Source: Octopus sinensis (taxonomy: Eukaryota). From it: a stretch of DNA of 64,000 nucleotides. Shown piece by piece: positions 12,487 through 26,119 of the stretch. Positions within the stretch are counted from its first letter, which is position 1; each line of letters begins with the position of its first letter. The position numbers and the translations under genes were made by a program. Where the stretch lies: positions 85,126,001 through 85,190,000 of the forward strand of contig NC_043003.1 in NCBI RefSeq assembly GCF_006345805.1. The letters are read 5' to 3'. Below the pieces are notes generated by a model. The model was not told the DNA's origin and made no database searches. It saw nothing but the letters and a program-made list of their open reading frames with translations.

Positions 12487-15400
12487 ATATGTTGCTGCTG
12501 CTGTTCTTGTTGTTAATCAACTCTGATTAAGCTGAGTTTGTGTCCATAAATTTTCTCTTTCTTCTGTGTGGTTTTGGACAAGTTCATAAAAGTTTGCAGT
12601 CTTCTTAAATTTTATCAAACAGAAGTGCAAGCATGGCTGTGTTTTGAGAAGTTTGTTTCCCAGCCACATTATTGCAAATTCAGTCCCACTGCATGGGCAA
12701 ATTTGTTCCACTATAGATGCAGTCTGACCAAAATCTTGTGAGTGGTTTTGATAGACCGAAGCTAGATATACATTTGTGTGTGTGTCTGTGTATGTCTTAG
12801 ATGATATGTCTGAAGCTTACTTAAACAAGGCTGTCCTGGTGCCAAACAACAGTAACCACATACATATAGGGAGGAAGATTCAACATGCTCACTCACATTA
12901 TTGAAAATAGTTGCCAAAAATCTTTCTCAAATAACACTTCTCTGTCTTTAAAAGATACCTTGAATAATATAGTCCTAAATACACTAATGTCTGAAAGAGT
13001 GGGATGACCATGGCTGGAGTGTTTTTGATCATAGGTCCACTCCATCAGAGCTGACTTGCTGTTCAACAACTAGATATTTATACATAAACTGAGCCGCACA
13101 AAACCCATATGCACGTAACCACACACTTACACCTAGCTACACATGCATATTCATTCAGCCAACCATACACATACATCCAACCACACTTGCATGCACACAT
13201 GCATCCAACCACTCATGCACATGCATTCTGCTGCACATTTGCACCCAGCCATGCACTTACATCCAACCACACTTGCATGCACACATGCATCCAACCACTC
13301 GTACACATGCATTCTGCTGCACAACAGATATATATACATCTAGCCATTCACATACCTACACTCGCACCCAGCCATATGTACACCCACACAACCACATAAT
13401 TCATTAACTGCAACAGTGTTTATTTATCTATGTACTTTCCTGCCCTTTTTATTCCTTACAGAGACAATATAGGCAAATCCGCTCTTGATCTTGCAGATCG
13501 TAGTGCAATTCTACTCAGCCTCTTGCAGAACCCTCCAACTAAACATAGTAAAAAGCAATTCCAAGATATTCTTAGTAAGTCCAGATTTGGTAATTTTTCT
13601 CTCTCTCTCTCTCTCTCTCCCTCTCTCTTTCAGGCTATTTGTCTGTTCTCTCCCTTTTCTCTCTGTTTCTCTTTCTCTCTCTTCCTCCTATTTAAGTCTA
13701 TTTATCTGTCTATGTAACTAACTGTTTCTTATTTCTTTATTGCCCACAAGGGGCTAAACATAGAGGGGACGAACAAGGACAGACAAATGGATTAAGTCGA
13801 TTACATCGACCCCCAGTGCATAACTGGTACTTTATTTATCGACCCCCAAAAGGATGAAAAGCAAAATCGACCTCGGCAGAATTTGAACTCAGAACATAAC
13901 GGCAGACCTAACAGTTTCTATCTAATAGTTATCTATTTACCTATCTTTTTTTTTCTGTCATTCTATTTCATTGACTATCCTACTCACTCTTACTTGCATG
14001 TCTGCCTATCTGCCAGCGTATCTACTCGAGGTAAGATGAAGAGGATCTTCATGCAGACTCTTCACTGGCAAATACATATACATGTTGATAGGTAACAGTA
14101 CTGCTATGGTGGGGTAGGTATGTTTTTGGTAGAGAAATGGCTTAGCCCAGTGGTCCAAAACATTTTTACTCTTGAGGAGTCTTTGAAATAAACTACATCA
14201 TCATCATCATCATCATCATCAATTATTATTGTAGCATCTTTCCCTTTCATAAAGTCCACTGTGCAACACTTTGAGCAAGTACCTTTTATTCTACCCTTGA
14301 TGCCTTATGAGTAAATGATGATTATATATATATATATATAATATATTCAAGCGTATCAGTGCCAAGCAGTGTTTAGGCATAAACAAACTTTCAGTTAGTT
14401 AAACTATGTTTGTAACATATTCCAACTTTTTAAAGGCAAATTCATTGCAGTTACCATGGTGAAAATATTTTCTCTTATAGTAAAGGGTGTAAAAACACCA
14501 TGTCTGTCCAGTGCTGACTTCTGTTGGATTCCCAAATGTAGTATTTCTATCTCTTTAACTATTATCAAAGGGAAATACCTAAGAGAGGCAACTCTGAGCA
14601 GACTTAAAGCCATAGCTCTAACAAAATCACTGTTAATAACATTGACTGAGTTTTGCTATTAGACTGCCAGACCGGGAGAAATTCAGCAGTATCAGTGTCA
14701 AGCATTGTTTAGGCATAAGCAAACTTTAGGTTTGTTAAAATATGTTAATTGTATGGCTTTAAATCTGCCCACAGTTTGCTCCCTTTCGTATTTCGCATTG
14801 ATAACAACCAAAGGGCTAGAAATGCTGTCTGGGAATCCAACTGGAACCAACACTGATAGATATGGTGTTTTTGCACCTTTTACCATAACAGAGAATATTT
14901 TCTCCTCAGTAACTGCAGTGAATTTGACTTTAGCAGTTTCAGTTGTGCCAATCAACAGAACAACCTGCTTGTGAAATTAATGTGCAAGTGGCTGAACACT
15001 CCACAGACATGCATATATAGTTATCAGGGAGATTCAGCATGACACAGAATGTGTCAAGGCTGGCCCTTTGAATTACAGACACAACCCACTTTTGCCAGCT
15101 GAGTGAATTGGAGTAAAGTGAAATAAGGTGTCTTACTCAAGGATACAACATGCCACCAGGTATTGAACTCACAACCTTATGATCATGAGCTGAATACTTT
15201 AACTACTAAACCACATGCCTATATTTGAATGTGTGTGTGTGTATTCATCTTAAGAGAGTATCAAGTAATATATTGATGATAGAAAAATGTCAATAAAATT
15301 TGAAAGTTAGCAGTCCAGTCTTCTTTCACCACTTTAAGAATGATATTTATTTTTCAGCTTTGTTGATGTAAAATAATGAAAAATAAACTTAACCTGATTA

Positions 15401-18400
15401 GTGAGTCCCTAATGACTTGTTCAGATCATAAGATGTTTTGTTTTTTTTTAAAAGCACAGTAAGCTTTACTCTGAGGGTTTTCTAACTGCAATGTATATGT
15501 CTTGCCATGATGTTTAAGTTAAATTCACCATAACTGCTTTTTTTAAAAATCTATTTATCTTTTTCTGATTTTTTTCTTGTTCAGCTGAGGACTTTGCCTT
15601 ATCAGAATCAGTCATTCAAAATAGTGTGATAAATACAGCAGAACTGATTGATTCAGTAACTGACTCTCCCATATTAGAATATCCTTCTGTCAAGTTACCT
15701 CCTGCATCTTCAGGAAGTAAAATACAAGAACTATCCAGCCAAGTTGTAAGTTCTCTTTGATATTCTGGTCAAACACCAAACATTTTCTTTTCAATTTTTC
15801 TGAAAATAAAACAAAATAATGTAGAATTTATTGAAACATATACACTGTGTATTTTGTTAGAATTATGATTATAAAACGGTTAAAACTGATGACAATAGAG
15901 AACTAAGTGTATCACCAAAAAACATTACAGATCATCTACATTAAACATAGACCCACAGTCCATCTATATTACATCTGCACCTTTTTTTTTGTGACCCTTG
16001 TTCTAATATGTTGTTCAGAGAAGTTTCCTTTCTGTAACCTCTAAGATTCAGTTCCATTGCTTAACTTCAGCTGTTACAGTATTAAATAGATGAGCTACAA
16101 TTACTTCAGATGACTTTCCTTTAACAAGTTCTTGTCTGTTCTACATGGCTTCCTACATAGACTGATGTGTACAGTGTGAAGTGTCATGGCTGGATTGAAA
16201 GCAAAACTGGAGCTGTTGATTTGAACTCATAAATCCATATGATATTATCATACTCATTATCCTTTAACATCCATTTTCCATGCTGGCATAGGTTGGACTA
16301 AATATCAGTGCCCTAAGTGAAGTATAAACTCTGCCTTTCTCATCTATGACTTGCACAGTGAAGGTACTGTCTATAAGTACAGTACACTAACCAATTGTGC
16401 TACTAGTTCAATATCTTTGTTAGTCTGTATTTTCACCTCATAATAAACTAAGCTCTCAAAAGTTGATCTTGCATATCCTTATATTTTATCCATTAACACT
16501 TTAGACCAGCCTTACTTAGTTTTGTTGATTTATTTATTAAAGTATCCTGAGGAATTTCTTATACCAACATATTAAAAGGGCAAAAGAATTGAACATATCT
16601 CAACTCAGGATACCAAAACGAAAAATAGTCAAGAAAGATATTATTCTGTTTGTCCACACTCGTGATTCAGAAGTCCAAACTAGGTTTAACTACTTAGCAT
16701 TTAAACTGGCCATATCTAGCCCATATATCTTACCTGTTTTATATAAAAACTGACCAGATTTGGCCTCTCACATCTACCTTACAAAATCATTCTAAAAATA
16801 AAATTTTTAAGGTACAACATAATACATAATTAATTCAAAACAGTGTGAATAAATAAGCATTTCTGATCCTAGAGTAACTTGAATACTAAATGATTAATAC
16901 CAGTTAGACAAACTACTAATCCTGTTCCAAAGCACAAAAGTTAAAGATTTAGTCAAAGAAAGCTGTGTCATCAACATCAAACATCACCAAAAGAATCTTA
17001 ATAAACACTTCAGAAGGGCAAACTTCACAGTTTGAAATAATTCTGAATTTCCTGTTAAAACTTGTAGAGAAGGTAGGTATGGAACATGAAGTACAGATAA
17101 TGTTATCTATTTGGTAAATAGTTCTAAGATCTTGTTCATGTCACCTGCTGGTTCAACAGCTATCCACAAAGGATACATATGAATGGATGAGTTGGAAAAC
17201 TTCTGGAGAAGGTTGTTGTTGGTTAGAGTTAGAGATAAAGTTAGGGTTCCAAAAGTGTGGAGAAGAGTGATTTTTAAAAAAATGAATTTTAGGAAAACAT
17301 TTTTTTCAGAATTCTGATCTTTGTATTTTTTAAACATTGGAATTCAAAATAAATGTTTTAAGAAAAATTGAGAAAAAAAAAATAGAGTTTGTGATGAGTG
17401 AAAGAGCGATTCAAATTTTGAAAAGCTGTTTTGGATGGGAAAACCACAATTTCCATTGCTGGAAACATAGAAGGTTTTGAAAGAAATTTTTTGTAGAAGG
17501 AAAATGCTCAATAAACTTTGATTATATCTTCCTATGCTTTACTTCCTACAGAAAGAATTAGAATGTCTACCAATGTTTTCAAAGACTGTGGTGACAGAGG
17601 AACAACTGTCCCTATTGTGGCCTCGACCACAGTCTATTGTCCAGAAGGAAGGGAACCATTTTGTCCCAGATGAGGTCCTCCACATATATCTGTCGACTAT
17701 GTCAGATATTAGTAAGTTGTTTGCTCTTCCTTCACATTTACCACTCTTGGTGTTATCATCATCATCATTAATATTATTATTATTATCATTGTTGTTTTAG
17801 TATTGTCATTGTATATATCACTTGATATATCGTCATTCTCGTTATTGTTGTTATCATCTTGATTGTTGTCATTGTTATCATTTTCATCAACTTTTCAAAC
17901 ATGTACATGTCCTTACGTGCATTATTTAAGTTAGTTTCTAAGTTGAGTTCCATGAAGGTCAGTTTTTACCCTTTCGGTTTTCCAGAGTCAATAAAACAAA
18001 TTACCTATCAAATACTCTTCTTTTTCTATTCACTACAGCTCATACTCCACCCATACCTACCTCTCTACCTCACATCACCCTTACTGTTTCACTATCCTTC
18101 TCCAGGCCCTACACTAGCCATTAAACCCAATGTCCCCTCCTTCAATTCAGCTTTAATCTTCTGGAACTTTCTCACAGCAGATGGTGACTTAAAACGATGT
18201 TCAAACTGAACAGCGATTATATAGGTGTCACCAGTCTCACATGACCTGTGAAGAACATAGCTTCCATCTCTCTTTCCCTCTCCAAATAAACCATGGTGAT
18301 GGAGGAATACTCAAAATGAATTGTCTCACCCCACCCCACCTATTTTGTCTTTTGTTATTCACTAATTTTTTTAATTTTTTTAAACAGGCATACATTCTGT

Positions 18401-21400
18401 GGCTCAAGTGTGGAACTGTCGAAAGTTCATGTTCACATCTATGGGCATCACAACAATCATTAATTTACAGTCACCTGCATATGAGTACAACACCACCTGT
18501 ATCCTGTGTCATGTTAGCAGTCGACTGTGTGTGGAGAAAGCCAGCTACAAAATCATCATCCAGTCTTTTCAGGTAAACAGTTTCTTGCTAAATTGATTCT
18601 CTAGTTTGTAGGGTTCTTTTACTTTTATTCCTGAGTTGAAGCAGTAATTTTCATCAGTTTCAACAATGAGTATTCATTGGTTTGATCAACAAAATTACCA
18701 GCTTGTTGAATTAGTGCCTGAACATTCCACTAACACATCTTTCTGTTTAATGAATCCTTAATGTAGTTCTTGGGCAGAATCAGTATGACAGACAGTAACA
18801 AGGCTGTCTTTCCAGCCATTGATTTTCTTGATTGTGCTTTTGACTTGTCAGTTTCAGTGGTTGGTCCCTCAGATGGATCTGTGTTAAGAAGATCTGCTCT
18901 CTCTCATGAATTCACCTCATACAGCAACCTCTCACACTTCTTTCTTTTCAATATCATTGAGCGCTAGTGTGCCCCTATCATTCCATACACACTATTCCCC
19001 ATGACATCTCAATTCTCTCTAGTTCACTGCCCTACAATCCAGAACATTTCACATCTCCAATTCTCATGTCATGTAGCATGTGCAAACCTCTTGTTTTCTG
19101 CTTTTCTCCTCGATAAGTACACCTGATGTGTAGCTTCTTTTAGCTACTTTGTATAGTTATCTGCTTCTTTCTTACTTCCAGTCTTTCCAGATCTATCTGT
19201 TAGCTTTAATAACCTTATCTACAGTACTATTCCATTATTATATCAACTTATCTCTGGCTGAAAACTTGCCCAGCTACACATCTGCTCTCTGGTTTGCAGA
19301 AAGTTGTGACATGGGAACCTACTGATGTCCTTTATAAGTTTCCACCTCCTCTTTCTTGTCAAATTTGTCAAATTTATGACTGTTCAATAGTTCTTTAAGC
19401 TTCTGTATCTTTCTGCTCAAAATAACCTTGTGTAATTAAGTCCATCTAGCTCTTACTCTGAAGTCACTAATCACTTAAGCTATGTTGTATGTTACATTCC
19501 ATACCAAGAAATTACCTTTCTTTCAGTAAATAAAGAATATCTGGTTTGTGTGTTTACTTGACTGGTAGATAATCTTGTGAAGGGCTGGTTTTGTAGTTAT
19601 TGTTGTTACTTGTAGAGTTACAAAACTCCAGTCCTCTGTTCTAGATAAGTACCTGTTCATTGCTATTGTGGAGGTCTTATAGCACAGTTCTACCTGCATC
19701 ATTCCTCTTCCCCCATTACTTCTAGGTAGGTATAGATGATCAACATTTGCTTTTGGGTGGTGCATGTTCTTAAAAATTAGTATTTTTCTTGTCTTCGTGT
19801 CCAGACATTGGAGCTCTGTAAAATTCCAGTTAATGGTGTTACAACCTTATTGGACTTCTGGAAGTGCCAGGGTATTAATGGCTTCAACGTGAATTTTAGA
19901 GTAGAGTTCAGTTTTTAGTACGAGTCTTATTCTCCTTTAATATCATCATCATCATCATCATCGTTTAGCGTCCGTTTTCCATGCTAGCATGGGTTGGACG
20001 GGTCAACTGGAGTCTGTGAAGCTGGAAGGCTTCATCAGGCCCAGTCAGATCTGGCAGTGTTTCTACGGCTGGATGCCCTTCCTAACGCCAACCACTCCGC
20101 GAGTGTAGTGGGTGTTTTTTACGTGCCACCTGCACAGGTGCCAGACAGAGATGGCGAACGGCCACGAACAGATGGTGCTTTTACGTGTCACCGGCACGGG
20201 GCCAGGCGATGCTGGCAACGGACACGAACGGATGGTGCTTTTACGTGCCACCGACACGGGGCCAGACAGAGCTGGCAAACGGCCACGAACGGACGGTGCT
20301 TTTACGTGCCACCGACACGGTTGCCAGACAGAGCTGGCCAACGGCCACGAACGGATGGTGCTTTTACGTGTCACCGGCACGGGGCCAGGCGAGGCTGGAA
20401 ACGAACACGAACGGATGGTGCTTTTACGTGCCACCGACACGGGGCCAGGCAGAGCTGGCAAACGGCCACGAGCGGACGGTGCTTTTACGTGTCACTGGCA
20501 CGGGGGCCAGCCGAGGCTGGCAACGGACAAGGACGGATGGTGCTTTTACGTGCCACCGACACGGGGCCAGACAGAGCTGGCAAACGGCCACGAACGGATG
20601 GTGCTTTTACGTGCCACCGACACGGGGCCAGACAGAGCTGGCCAACGGCCACGAACGGATGGTGCTTTTACGTGTCACCGGCACGGGGCCAGGCGAGGCT
20701 GGAAACGAACACGAACGGATGGTGCTTTTACGTGCCACCGACACGGGGCCAGGCAGAGCTGGCAAACGGCCATGAGCGAATGGTGCTTTTACGTATCACC
20801 GGCACGGGTGCCAGACGAGGCTGACAGCGGACACGAACAGATGGGTCACTTAACCCCCGCTTTCTGATATATGATTTGATTTTGATTGTTCTCACTGGTC
20901 TTGCCGGGTCTTCTCATGCACAGCATACTTCCATAGGTCTCGGTCTCTGGTCATTTCCTTGGTGAGACCTTTCTTTTCTTATTTTTTCCTTCATTTATCA
21001 CCAGGTATTTATAATTTTCCTGTGGGTCAAGCTCCTTGATGGTAGTGTCAGTATCTAATTTATTGAAAGCTGTTTGCCTGAGCTTGCCTCTTACAAAAGT
21101 TGCTTTAGCACACTTATCAAGGCCAAAGTCTATCTCAGTGTCATTGTTGAATTCTTAAACAGTTATTAGCAGCTGTATTAGCTCTTCGTCATTTCTAGCA
21201 AACAGCTTCAGATCATCCATATAGAACAGATGGTTTATTGTCATATTGTAAACTTTGAACCCATGCCTGGTGTTATTTAGTTCGTTTGAGAGTGGGATCA
21301 GTGCCATGCAAAAGAGCAATGGGGAGAGGGAGTCACCTTGAAAGATGTCTCATTTGATGTTGATGTTGTTAGTTTGGCTCATCCCATTACTATGGTTTAG

Positions 21401-24400
21401 AAGGTTCCACTTGGCCATGATACCTTGTAAGAATTTGGAGATGACAAGAGAGATCTTATATATTTCAAGGGCCTTGAGTATCCAGTTATGTGGGACAATA
21501 TCATACGCTTTCCTGTAGTCTATCCATGTCATACTCAGGTTTTTCTTTTTGCTTCACCAATTCTCTACAATCATTTTACTTTTGAGTAATTTATCTTTGC
21601 AACCATAAGAATTCCTTTTCCAGCCTTTTTGAGCTTGTGGATAGATCTGTCAGTTAATATGGATGTGAGGATCCTGTAGGTGGTGTTGAGACATGTTGGT
21701 AGTTCTTTGGATTTTTTGTGTCTTCAGTTTTTGGTAGAAGGTATGTTGTTCCTTTGGTCAGTCAGGCAGGTATTTGCTCTGGGTTCTGGTTGACATCAGT
21801 CAGAGATGCAGCTAAAGTTTGGTGTACTTCTGTCAGACAATTTAGCCAGAAGTTAGGAATTTGCTCCAGTCCTGGAGTTTTCCATTTGTGAGATTTCTGA
21901 AGAACACATCTTAGCTCTTATATTCCTATTGCCTTCCATTTCTGCTCTTCAACTTCATCCAGTCTCACTTTCTCACGGTCTATCCAGTCAGCTTTAGCAT
22001 TATATTCTTTTCTGTTGCTCTATATCTTCTTCCAGAACTCTTCCATTTCCTCAGTCTTATGTGGTTCCTTTACTTCTATCTTCCTTTTGCCAGTTTCCCT
22101 ATAAAATTTCTTTGCATTCCTCTTGAATATCTTATTTTGTTGATAAAATTTGATTTGTTTGTCATTCCTTCTGAGCTTTTGGGCTTTCAGTTGTATTCGT
22201 TGTCTCAATTGTTCCTCGGTTGCAGGGAGGTTTATAAAATCTTTGATTTTATATTTTTGCTTAATTTTTCTAGCTCATTTCTTCTTAACATTTACTCCTC
22301 TAGCAAGTTCATCGAGAACTGATACATCTACCCACAGAGATTCAATCTCTTTTTGTACTGCTGCTTTCCACTTAGGAGGTCTATTGACATGGTTGGTCCT
22401 TTTCTGTGTTGTCCTGATACCTAATTGAGTAGTTACAACTTTAGCAGTGGAATAGATGAGGTTATTTAAGGCCGTTAAGTCATTTCCCTTATTACTTAAG
22501 ATCTGTCTAAAAGCAACATTGTATATCATGATTATGTTGTTTTTTATGCTGTTTGAGAATTTTGCCAGTTGTTCTCTAATGATGATGTCAGTAGTTCTCT
22601 GATAATATCTTCTTTTGCTTCTATGATTTTCTCTTTATTATTCACCTCAAATTTTATGTCATACCATTTCTGGTGTTCCTGAGGTAGGTATACTTCCTCC
22701 TCTTTTTCCACATATCTGTTTTTCACTATTCTTTCTTTAGCTTTCTTGTTAAGATATACTCCTCATACACTGGGTTCTGTGCATCTGTTACCTATTTCAT
22801 CTGCATTGTTGCTGTTTTCATTTGGTGTACCATGAGATATTTGTATTCTAATTTGGTTAATTTCAGCATCAGTCAATCTTTTATTCTTAATAATGTCTCT
22901 ACATACATTACATAGTTTATTTGCATCTATATATTTGCATACTTCATTGCCTACTAAGTTTCTCCAGGAAATATAAGTTTGTACTGAGAGGTTATTGTTT
23001 GGATATAGTTGGGCTGTATATAAAGCCTTCAACACATCTCTATAATCCTCTCTAGTCCATTTCATGTATTTTGCTTTAGGTAAGGTTTTTGGTGGTATTA
23101 CTACAGACCTAGGGTTAGGGTTATCATGGATTTGGTTACCTAGTATTTCGTCCATCTTTATGTTCTAAGTTCAAATTCCTCTGAAGTCAACTATGCCTTT
23201 ATCCTTTCTGGAGGAATTAAATAAGTACCAGTTGAGACATGGAGTTGATCTAATCAACTAACCCCTGCCCCCTGAAATTGCTGGCCTTGTGCCAAAATTT
23301 GAAACCATTATTATTATTTCAATTTTAATAATTAATAATTATCAAAGAGGCAATTGCCTCACAGAGGCAATGACCAAGGTCTTTGGTATTATGTTGTGCT
23401 TGAGAAGACCCATCAAGCCAAGCAAAATCACAGTCATGGTAGATACCACTGTCACGGAAATGGCACCTGTGCTGGTGGCACATAAAAGCACCCATTACAC
23501 CCTCAGAGTGGTTGGCATTAGGAAGGGCATCCAGCTGTAGAAAATGATGCCAAATCAGACTGGAGCCTGGTGCTTGCTTTTACATGCCTTCCAGCATGCC
23601 AACCCACTCAAACTGCCCAACCCATGCTAGCATGGACAACGGATGTTAAATGATGATGATGATGATGACATATTCAGCTTTCTCTTTTCTTTTGTAGGTC
23701 AAAATCCTGGCTCATGATATCCAAAGTCTTTCTTATGCAATTATTACATTAAGCCAGTTGTTCAATTTATACAAAACAGAATCAGGCATCAGTATCCCAT
23801 TATTAGAAGTAAGTTTCTGCTTTTTACTCTTTTCACAGTAAAATTTTGGCTCGATCTGTAAGTGCTGAAATAGTGTTGTTTTCAAGGAACCAAGTTTATG
23901 TCACCAATTTGCCAATGAATGTAATTATTTACTATGAATTAATTGTTAATTTATTGTTTTAGTTAATTACATGTGTCTGTGTGAGTCCCCTACTTGTATG
24001 TGCCCCATTTGCTGATTTCTATTATGCCTCTGGTATATACTTACTGCCCCCACCCCACTCAGTCAAGTGGGCTTGTCTTGTGAGTTACTTGGTGACCCCA
24101 ATAATGCCAATTCCATGAAAAAGGGACCCAGTATACACTGTAAAGTGTTTGGCATTAGGATGGGCATCCAGCAATAGAAACTATGTAAAAGCAAGTATTG
24201 AAGACCAACACAGCCCCCTAGTTCATCAGATCCTATTTAACTGTCCGACCCATGTCAGCTTGGAAGCTGGACATTTAATGATGATGATAGTCGTGATTAT
24301 GATATACAGATAAGTTACTTAATTATCCCTTCTGAAATGTGTAGTATATTGACTGTATTGATTTCATGTATTCTAACAAGCAAGGTGATATTTATGCAGT

Positions 24401-25401
24401 TACTCAACCTGCTGGAAACAGTGCCCACAGCTCCTTGAAGCCATATCCTAGTTAAAAGAAAGAAGGGCATATGTTGCAAAATTACAGAAAGTCAAAATGA
24501 TTTGGGTCAGAATGCTTTTGATCATTGATCTGATTTATCATAGATGATGTGGGGTAAACAACAACAACAACCAGAGCAACAGCAGCAATATCCTGTATCA
24601 AATTTCAGTACATTGATAGATATAATTCTCCATGAGGCGTTGCTCCAGCATGGCCACAGTCAAATGACTGAAACAAATAAAAGAGTATTAAGTAGATTAA
24701 CACTAACTTAACTATTGGTTTTTCATTCAGATAGCATCTAAAAGTAATTCATTTTTTTCCCTGTTCCCATACCAACAAGTATATGTTTTTATGCATTTGC
24801 TGAGAGATTTTCTTATAACTTCTGCACTGAAGAGGTCATAATTATTTGAAACACAGGGCATTTGTTTTTGATTACAGTCAGTTAATCAAGTCAAGCAATT
24901 TCCGTCCCAGAAATCCCAGTTCAGAAATGAAGCAGGAACGTCTGGTGTGGGTTTTAGTCACATTGGTCTTTCACTAGTTAAAATAACACATCTACTCATG
25001 CCATGACCACAGACGATAGCAGTAGTTTGCTAACTGAACTAGTTGATCCTGACAGTTGACAGTTTGTTGTCTGTTCATCCACTCAGCATCAGTGATATTC
25101 ACCATTGATTTGGTATGTTCATCTGCCAAAATAATTCATGTCCACCATGCTGCATCCCATGATTTCAACATACCCTGGCTCAAGTGGTTACATGCTCTTG
25201 TACTCTTTTACTTGTTTCAGTCATTTGAATGTGGTCATGCTAGAGCACTGCCTTTAGTCGAGCAAATTGACCCCAGGACTTATTCTTTGTAAGCTTAGTA
25301 CTTATTCTATCAGTTTCTTTTGCCAAACCGCTAAGTTACGGAGACGTAAACACACCAACATCGGTTGTCAAGCGATGTTGGGGGGACAAACATACACACA
25401 A

Positions 25402-25446
<45 letters not shown>

Positions 25447-26085
25447 TATGACGGGCTTCTTTCAGTTTCTGTCTACCAAATCCACTCACAAGGCTTTGGT
25501 CGGCCCGAGGCTACAGTAGAAGACACTTGCCCAAGGTGCCACACAGTGGGACTGAACCTGGAACCATGTGGTTGGTAAGCAAGCTACTTACCACACAACC
25601 ACTCCTACGCCTATTTAACTTATAGTTGGGACCCAGACAGATGCTACTACTCCAAGTCAGAGCAGACTTAGAAACAATAGTGGCTGAGAAGTGGTCACAC
25701 TCCTCAAAACCTTACAACTCCCAAACTAAAGTCCAACTACCAAATGTAGTTTAAAGTCATACCCAGGACAGAATAGTGAAACAAACCCATTCCCAGATTT
25801 GCTACCATTAATGTTTAATTTCATTTTATATAGAAAATCTTAATTCACAGATGCAGTTAATTTATTCTTTGTAAAAAAAAAAAAACCAGCAATATCACAT
25901 ATTATGAAGGGAAGTATTCCAACATGGTCATAGCCACAATGGCTAAAACAAACTAATCAATATATGTAATTGCTCTGAATATAGTCATTATCTTTGCTTA
26001 GATTACAGATTCACCATCGCTGCCTTACAGAGGAGTTCTACTTGATGTATCTAAAGGACGTGTACCTAATATAGTAAGTTTCAAT

Positions 26086-26119
<34 letters not shown>

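Noticed and set aside
13109-13399. His/Thr-rich ORFs with an 86-bp-period duplication
   Set aside because: Derived from CA/CATG low-complexity sequence; no splice support.
20112-20843. CRISPR-like array or repetitive protein ORFs (19994-20867)
   Set aside because: The spacer-like parts are homologous to each other, there are no cas genes, the context is eukaryotic, and the ORFs are open in several frames only because the unit lacks stops.
24827-24852. CTGAAGA...GAAAC hammerhead-like spacing
   Set aside because: Stem II pairs poorly, and there is no UH site or stem I.
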